Shown: positions 26,043 to 32,000 of the stretch, in pieces
Position numbering within the stretch: position 1 is the first letter of the stretch
How the letters are laid out: each line of letters opens with the position of its first letter
From: Zymomonas mobilis subsp. mobilis ATCC 10988
Lineage (GTDB): Bacteria > Pseudomonadota > Alphaproteobacteria > Sphingomonadales > Sphingomonadaceae
Length of the DNA: 32,000 nucleotides
Assembly (NCBI RefSeq): GCF_000175255.2
Contig: NC_017183.1
Span: 284-32,283, forward strand
Direction of reading: 5' to 3'
The notes under the pieces: generated by a model
What the model saw: only the letters and a program-made list of their open reading frames with translations
Database searches by the model: none
What the model was told of the DNA's origin: nothing
Program-made: the position numbers and the translations under genes

Positions 26043-27800
26043 ATGACCGCCTCTTCTTCTTCATCATCTCATTTCGTGGCGTCGTCTCCTATGGCTCCTT
26101 CACTTAATGCCGATCTGTCCTCTTCTGTGAACCTGTCGGACACCTCTCTTTTTTCTCCAAAGCCTGATCTCGCGCCTGCCCCATTATCCGCTGAGTTGTC
26201 TTCTATGTCGCCTAACCTTGTATCGCCTTTGGAAGCTGCTGACTTATCCTTAGCAATCTCCGCTTCGTCTTCGCCATCCTTGGCTTCTCCATTACGTGCT
26301 ACCATCTTACCAGATTCTTCTACAGCTCCATTACCTTCATCTCCCTCCTCTCTGTCTTTTAAAGGTAGCCCTTTTGTGGACAGGTTAGGCCGTTTCAAGC
26401 GCGGCACTTATCGTTCAATGCTGATGCAGACGGGAATGTCCTACGACCATGCAAAAGACATGGCTGATCTTGCTGCTGAGGAATTTAAAAACGCCAAGAA
26501 AAGGGAGCCTATCGGTGCGACATATGACCACCAATCATCTTCCTTGGCCAATAACGTCGCCCCCGAAATTACGGCCTCAAATACCAATAGTGAGGTTACA
26601 GCCTCCGCATCAGATTTCGACGAAATCGAATATTTTGATCAGATGGTATCAAACGGCGTTGATCCTGAAACCGCTGCCGATATTGCCCGTAAAACAGCTA
26701 TTGCCAGACGTAGAGACCCTCTCGAACGATCCACCCGCTATAAAATCCGCCGTCGGACTCCTGATCCGGTGCATCGGGATTCTTATGAGGTGGGCGAACG
26801 TGAGAAGTCGGTCTGGAAGCCGGTCAATCCGCAAGAGATCGGTGCCTATCTGGAAGCGGTCGATCAATATTCGATCAAAACTAAGGGCTTAAGCGATAAG
26901 GCCGTTCGCCTTCTAAAGATGCTGTTTCGGATGGTCGACTTTAAAACTGGCCGTCTGGAACCGACCCTTGATACTATTTGCGATAGTGTTGGCTATGCCC
27001 GTGCGACGGTCGTCAAATTGCTGCGACAGCTACAGGATTTAGGCTTCATCCGCTGGATACGCCGATCAATTAAGATCAAGGCGGACGGCAAAGGCCCCCG
27101 CCGCAAGCAGACCAGTAATGCCTACGGCTTCTTGTCTCCCAAGTCTTGGCCAGAGTTGGCCAGACAGGTTTTCGAGCGTGTCATGCGTCGGAGGAATACG
27201 CCTGTTCCTGATGATATTGACCACGCCCAAGAGGCGGATAAAGCTGAAACCAAAGCCATAATTGAAAACCTTCCCCCTGTTGAATTCATGAAAGAAATAT
27301 CGGGGGCAAAAGCGCCTAATGCGCTCACAGATTCATTGATACAGTTAGCTAAATCTATCGAGCGGGCAGACCAACTGGAACAAGAAAAACAGGCTAAGAA
27401 GGCAGCACAGGCCGATCAGGAAAAGGTTAAAACATCTTCCAAAACCTCCAAGGAGGATACCTCAAAAAAGCCCCAAATTTCGGACAATCAACGCGAGTTC
27501 AATTCTTATACTCTATCCTGTTATAATTATTTAAATAATACCGGCGCTAAAAAATTTGAAACGACAGAAGAAAATAAAGACTGTCTCGCGCCTGCGTTAG
27601 CAGGAGCGACAGGCGTTATTTTAGACACGAAACCTGAACCTGACCGCTTCACAAAAGAACTTAATACCCTGAACCTCCGGCCTGATCAGGTAGCAACCAT
27701 CATTCAACACAGGAACAAGCGGAGGGAACAGCGCATGATGCCCCTTTCACCAAAAGATATCGCCGACCTCCTCATTAAAACAAGACAGATGCGCCCATGA
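26043..27800 (+). CDS. Putative plasmid replication initiator (winged-HTH type) with S/P/L-rich N-terminal extension
   Basis: ATG 26043 is chosen because the terminator at 25986-26018 lies inside the longer TTG-25926 ORF. Segment LKMLFRMVDFKTGRLEPTLDTICDSVGYARATVVKLLRQLQDLGFIRWIRR is typical of HTH Rep proteins of small alphaproteobacterial plasmids (from memory). Charged K/E/Q-rich C-terminus. Confidence 0.6.
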   Translation: MTASSSSSSHFVASSPMAPSLNADLSSSVNLSDTSLFSPKPDLAPAPLSAELSSMSPNLVSPLEAADLSLAISASSSPSLASPLRATILPDSSTAPLPSSPSSLSFKGSPFVDRLGRFKRGTYRSMLMQTGMSYDHAKDMADLAAEEFKNAKKREPIGATYDHQSSSLANNVAPEITASNTNSEVTASASDFDEIEYFDQMVSNGVDPETAADIARKTAIARRRDPLERSTRYKIRRRTPDPVHRDSYEVGEREKSVWKPVNPQEIGAYLEAVDQYSIKTKGLSDKAVRLLKMLFRMVDFKTGRLEPTLDTICDSVGYARATVVKLLRQLQDLGFIRWIRRSIKIKADGKGPRRKQTSNAYGFLSPKSWPELARQVFERVMRRRNTPVPDDIDHAQEADKAETKAIIENLPPVEFMKEISGAKAPNALTDSLIQLAKSIERADQLEQEKQAKKAAQADQEKVKTSSKTSKEDTSKKPQISDNQREFNSYTLSCYNYLNNTGAKKFETTEENKDCLAPALAGATGVILDTKPEPDRFTKELNTLNLRPDQVATIIQHRNKRREQRMMPLSPKDIADLLIKTRQMRP

Positions 27801-27977
27801 CCCTGTCAGCTATCATTCTGACAGATCACCGTCTATTTATTCCTCCGGTGCTGTTCGCTTCGCTCACAGGCTTGGCGAGAAAGGAATTTGCCTTTCAGTA
27901 GAGCTATCTAATTTCTAAAAATTCGCATTATCGATAATGTAATAAAAAGCTAATTTTTAAAAACCAAATTATAGCGA

Positions 27978-28005
27978 TTACATCAAATCTATGAATGTGT
28001 ATAAT
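27978..28005 (+). promoter_or_regulatory. Sigma70-like promoter for hicAB (TTACAT-16 nt-TATAAT)
   Basis: -35 at 27978-83 and -10 at 28000-05. The hicA ATG lies only 7 nt after the -10 and has no SD, so the mRNA may be leaderless. Confidence 0.4.
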
Positions 28006-28012
28006 ACATAAT

Positions 28013-28162
28013 ATGAAAAGTCGTGATTTGATCAAAGAAGTTGAAAAAGCAGGATGGATACTCGACCGAACACGTGGCTCTCATCATATCACGATACCAC
28101 ATCCTAAAAAGGAACTTGGTGTTGGGCTTGTTCGGGCTATCCGTAAGCAAGCCGGATTGTAG
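28013..28162 (+). CDS. hicA: HicA-family toxin, unusually short (49 aa; probable in-frame internal deletion)
   Basis: Not in the ORF track (under 60 aa). Hand translation: MKSRDLIKEVEKAGWILDRTRGSHHITIPHPKKELGVGLVRAIRKQAGL. It has both family hallmarks, GSHH and (V)PHPKK.L..G....I.KQAGL. About 10 residues usually found between them are absent. Confidence 0.7.
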   Translation: MKSRDLIKEVEKAGWILDRTRGSHHITIPHPKKELGVGLVRAIRKQAGL

Positions 28163-28171
28163 GAGAAGTTT

Positions 28172-28597
28172 ATGCGTTATCCTGTTGCTATAGAGCCAGA
28201 TACAAAATCTACGGCTTTTGGTATTGTCGTACCGGATTTACCCGGTTGCTTCTCGGCTGGCGATACGATGGATGAAGCTATTGCCAATGCTGAAGAAGCC
28301 GCATCTGCTTGGATCGATGCCACATTAGATAGTGGTCAAGATATTCCTGTACCTAGTTCTATCTCAGATTTATATAAGAACCCTGATTATAAAGGATGGT
28401 CTTTCGGTTTTATCAATATAGATCCAGCTTTGTTGAGTGATAGGGTAAAGCGGGTAAACATTACTTTACCTGAAAGAGTTCTCGAACGTCTTGATCTCTT
28501 GGCCAAAAAGGCAGGAGAAACTCGTTCTGGTATGATCGCTTCTTTGACCTTAAAAGCTCAAAAACAAACAGATCATCATTCAGCTGTTATGATCTAA
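28172..28597 (+). CDS. hicB: HicB-family antitoxin with C-terminal RHH
   Basis: MRYPVAIEPD...FGIVVPDLPGCFSAGDTMDEAIANAEEA (HicB RNase-H-like fold start). C-terminal RVNITLPERVLERLDLLAKKAGETRSGMIA (RHH). Confidence 0.85.
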   Translation: MRYPVAIEPDTKSTAFGIVVPDLPGCFSAGDTMDEAIANAEEAASAWIDATLDSGQDIPVPSSISDLYKNPDYKGWSFGFINIDPALLSDRVKRVNITLPERVLERLDLLAKKAGETRSGMIASLTLKAQKQTDHHSAVMI

Positions 28598-28652
28598 CAA
28601 GTAGTAATCCAAATATAGTCCCATATATTTTATAGGGTATGTCGTAAAACCA

Positions 28653-28682
28653 AGAGCGCCGATTATTCGGCGCTCTTTTTTG
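28653..28682 (+). terminator. Rho-independent terminator after hicB
   Basis: Perfect 10-bp stem AGAGCGCCGA / TCGGCGCTCT, loop TTAT, then TTTTT. Confidence 0.85.
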
Positions 28683-28830
28683 TCGTCAAAGTTTTCCGTC
28701 TATTTTTCCTCGATAATTCAGGCCGGAAACGGGCGGTTTCCCTCGCTAGCCAGAAAACACCTGGTTCAGGAACAATAAACAGGGAATACACTCAGCATGA
28801 CTTTTCTGAATGGTACGTACGAACATCTAG

Positions 28831-29566
28831 GTTCTGTTGACAAAGGAAGGCAACCACAATTTTACGGCCGCGATATGAAGGAAGGCGAGGAAAGATTTTC
28901 TGGTTTTGTCATAGCGTGTAGCAATACGTCTGGACGGCTTCAGCTTATTAAACATCCGCTCAATACAATGATGATCTTTGTCGTGCTGGAGATTATAAGG
29001 AATAGGCTTTTTTCGATTGGAACGAGGCGGGATAACAGGAAGAATGCCTCGAAAGGGTAGTTTTTCGCGTAACCTATTTATCAGCAAGAAAACAGCGGGG
29101 CGTTGTCACAGAGATATCTCAGCACCAGAATAATCAGAGACCGCACCACCGGTTAGCGCGAAAGCTAGAGGGCGACCTTGACCATCGGAACGGGCGCGAA
29201 TGATCGTGCTATCTATCATATGTTGCCAGTCATCTGGTCAACCAGGGTTTCAAGAAGAGCGTCCCAGACACCCTGTTCCGACCACCTACGAAACCGAACA
29301 TAGACCGAATTCCATTTCCCATAACGTTCATGCATGTCTCGCCACGGGCAGCCTGTTCGAATCACATGGAGCACATAAAGCATACCATTGAGAAATAACC
29401 GATTACTTTTGGCGGGACGCACGCAGCGGCCTCGTTCGCTGGGAATAAGACCCTCTATTATCTGCCACTCCGCGTCCCTCAGATCTCCTCGCATCCTGTC
29501 TGCCATACAAAACTTGTTCTCAATTTATCTCTAAAAATCTTAAATTACACTCTTTGTCAACAGAAC
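28831..29566 (-). mobile_element. Decayed IS5-family element (736 bp) with intact ends
   Basis: 15-bp terminal inverted repeats GTTCTGTTGACAAAG / CTTTGTCAACAGAAC. CTAG on both flanks (28827-30 and 29567-70). The transposase is in pieces: orfA at 29216-29506; next frame WQHMIDSTIIRARSDGQGRP...; an in-frame TGA; and the LLADxGYDS segment with the second catalytic D appears deleted. The C-terminus IERMFNKLKPSRRIATRYDK is intact. Confidence 0.8.
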
Positions 29567-29736
29567 CTAGTCATCAGCTACCTCTATTAAATAGTAAGCT
29601 ATCACAGCGTGTCCGCTTTGCCGAGAGCGCATTGGATGGCCTGTCGGTATTCGATTATCCAGATAAACGTAATTTTGTGGCTGATGAGATCACAGCCATT
29701 AAAAATGAATTACTTGAGTTAGGGGCTTCATTATGA
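29567..29736 (+). pseudogene. ParA C-terminal remnant (second par locus), interrupted by the IS
   Basis: LPLLNSKLSQRVRFAESALDGLSVFDY...EITAIKNELLEL matches the ParA C-terminus. The frame continues across the IS into 28742-28830, but no Walker motifs remain upstream. Confidence 0.5.
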
Positions 29737-29965
29737 CCAAAACAGCATCTTCAATCAGCTTAACGCGCCCGTCGCGTGCCGTTAAAAAGCCATCTTATGT
29801 TGATCAGTGGGTCGCAAAGTGGAACGCCGATGATAACGCAGAAAAGACAAATCGTTTTTGTCTATACCTGCAGACATTCATAGAAAGCTGAAACTTCAGG
29901 CCATGGATGAAGGGAAAATGATGATCACTCTAGTCCGTGAAATTTTAGCCGAAAAGTTCGTCTAG
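29733..29965 (+). pseudogene. RHH partition-protein gene (ParG-like) with a frameshift
   Basis: ATGA overlap with the parA remnant. Frame 1 stops at 29889-91 after 52 aa. The -1 frame reads SIPADIHRKLKLQAMDEGKMMITLVREILAEKFV*, a typical RHH C-terminus. The indel lies near 29855-29875. Confidence 0.5.
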
Positions 29966-30689
29966 GTTTTGAGAAAATAAGCATTTTTTGCATCTTTTTT
30001 ACGTTTTACAAAATGCGTTGAGCATGCGTTTATTTGCGAACAGTAAAAATGGGCATTTTTCTAAAAAAATTTGTGCTTTAAAGGCTATTTTACGCAATAT
30101 TTTTTATTTTGCGTTGGATCAGAAATTGCGTAGAAAAGCGGCATGTATGGCGCGGAGGCTAGGGTTGGTCTACCGAACGCTAAGGGTATAATAAAAAAAC
30201 ACCTCTCTTGATATTTTTATATCAACTGATGGGTTTTGATACTGCTTCTTTAAAAAGAATTGATCCATTTCATCGGCGATAGTTTAGAGATCTACCTTTC
30301 CGAAAGCCAAAAGCTGCCTATACACCATCAGCCCAGAGATCCCTCTACAGCAAGAAAGAAGGTATATGACCAGTGGACCAAGAAGAGGAAGTATTTTACT
30401 CTGAGAAGACATCCTAATGCTTTTTGGGCTTACAATCTTCTATCCATAAACCTTGACTAAAAATGGATGATGCAGAAGATAGCCTCTATCTCTCCATCTT
30501 CTTCTGTAATGAAGGGCTGATTTACCAAACAGTTAAAGATCCAAACTTCTATCCAGCCTGTATATTCCATTGCATTTCCCTGATCCTTCTTACTAGCTGA
30601 TTGCTATAATTATACCGGTCTTATTTTTCTCAAACTCTCTCTTTTCTAACTCCTCTGCCCATAGCTAACTGAAGCCCAATCCCGAGGAT

Positions 30690-30773
30690 AAAAAAGAGGA
30701 TATAGCTTTTGAGAAACAAGGGGTATTTTAACAGGAAAACAAGGGAAGCTACCAATAGACAAGGCTGCATAAA
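30690..30773. repeat. Long-range inverted repeat, right copy (IR-R)
   Basis: Reverse-complement partner of 11136-11219. Internal direct repeats GAGAAACAAGGGG (30711-23) and GGAAAACAAGGGA (30734-46). Confidence 0.9.
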
Positions 30774-31200
30774 TATGCATAAGAGATTTTCGGCCGTATT
30801 TCATTGAATAAAGCTATTTTAAGGCCGTATTTTAGGTTATTTATGGCTGTCCTGCATAAGATCAAAAAATGCATAAAAAGCGACCTATCTACGCCGAGGG
30901 CTTGGGTGGGACTACCACTCCAAATAGGTCAAAATCATTTTTCGTAAAATCCTGATGACATCGCCTCGAGTTATGAGTTTTGAAACTCTGAGTTAGGGGA
31001 TTCGCAATCGACATAAATAAAGAGGGCATATGCTAATCTTTTTACGTTGGAGATAATAAAATGACGACTGATTCCTCGGCAGATCAAAGTCGAATTTCTA
31101 TCAGCCATCTCATTGATCCCTAAGAGTTGTCGACCTTATTTTGTTCAATCTGGCTAACACAAAATCATTGTTTGAAGCACGACAAGGATTTTTTATCTGA

Positions 31201-32000
31201 TCAAAATCCCAACTGCTTTGAAGCAGGGAACCCCCTCGATGGTTTGCAGGTCTTCTTTCCGTAGGGTGCAGATTTCGCCCAGCCATAGGCAGCAATAAGG
31301 GTCACAAGCCGGAACGTAGGTTCAGGCACCAAGGCACTATGCCAAGAAGCAGAGGCCAGCAATGCCAGTTCCTGTGGCGTCCAGCTTCGTCGTACGATTT
31401 TGGGGGCACTCTCAAAATGCCAGCCAGACCAAGGGTTCTTTGCCACCATCTCCCGTTGCACAAGTTGGTTCCATAGGGCGGACAGACGAAGCATATGGTT
31501 CTTGACGCTTTTATTGCTCATGGTCGGGAGACCATTAGACTTGGCTCTCTGTGCCTCCTGTTGCAGCGTCAGACTGCTTTTACCCTTGCCCAGTGTTGCA
31601 GGAAGGGCAAGAAGCAGGTCACGGAAGGCTCCAGCTTGGTGACCGCCGATGCCACTGACAGGCGTATCCCCAAAAGCCCTGATATAGAGGGCCACAGTTC
31701 TTTTGGTTGCCGGTGCTGGCCTTGGGATTGCTCAAGACAAATGTGCTAAGGCGTCGGAAAGCATGAGGGCAGGGAGTTTCTTTTCGGTGCTTCGATGTTT
31801 CCTGATGATCTTACAGGTCAGTTTCTCCCTCGGTTTTATGACCTTCCGTTTGGGGGCAGAGGTTGCCTTCGCTTCCTGAGCCATAACCTCAAGTTCCAGC
31901 GTCACCGGGCTTTGAAAGGTAAGAGGAGACGTCAGTTCCTTGCCTGAGAACCGTCCCTGCATATCTGGCCTTATGTAAGACTTCACCTGTGCGGGCATAA
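31201..32000 (-). pseudogene. Tyrosine integrase, disrupted (copy 2; paralogue of 2435-3796), runs off the window end
   Basis: GAFRDLLLALPATLGKGKSSLTL...VKNHMLRLSALWNQLVQREMV...RRSWTPQELALLASASWHS...FRLVTLIAAY aligns closely with copy 1. In-frame TGA near 31727. Frameshift at about 31290 (LGEICTLRKEDLQTIEGVPCF lies in another frame). The catalytic C-terminal half is absent. Confidence 0.8.

Noticed and set aside
26449-26892. 147-aa alternative-frame ORF and the 112-aa antisense ORF (26069-26407) inside rep
   Set aside because: They are embedded in the rep reading frame. The antisense one merely mirrors the low-complexity S/P/L tract.
30260-30460. 66-aa ORF downstream of a possible TTGGTC-16-TATAAT promoter (30165-30191)
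   Set aside because: The start is TTG-type with no RBS. The peptide has no motif, and the promoter match alone is weak evidence in AT-rich DNA.

Overview
Mosaic, plasmid-like window. It is probably most of a ~32-33 kb circular replicon. An alphaproteobacterial host is my guess, from a GapR/DUF2312-like gene, and cannot be verified from sequence alone. There are three blocks. (i) 1-3990 plus 31200-32000 hold two decayed copies of one tyrosine-integrase/att module (tRNA 3' fragment, ~76-bp flank repeat). They bracket one intact cargo gene, a 500-aa MBL-fold hydrolase. (ii) 4283-11135 is a GC-rich type I R-M operon, hsdR-hsdM-hsdS, followed by a multiply disrupted, 3'-truncated mrr. (iii) 11136-30773 is delimited by 84-bp near-identical inverted repeats. 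It holds AT-rich defence cassettes (a 1249-aa SIR2 fusion, Septu-like ptuAB, a darG with no darT), TA modules (dinJ-yafQ, hicAB), parA plus an RHH partner, three tandem atypical HTH paralogues, a GapR-like gene, a rep gene, two IS5-family elements with CTAG flanks, and remnants of a second par locus. The structures least explained by the genes are six dispersed copies of a phased ATACGTAT-box module (two sit at truncated gene or operon edges), the long-range inverted repeats with internal iteron-like repeats, and antitoxins that have outlived their toxins. No rRNA, complete tRNA, CRISPR array, reverse transcriptase or relaxase was seen. All homology calls come from motif recognition by eye, not database searches.
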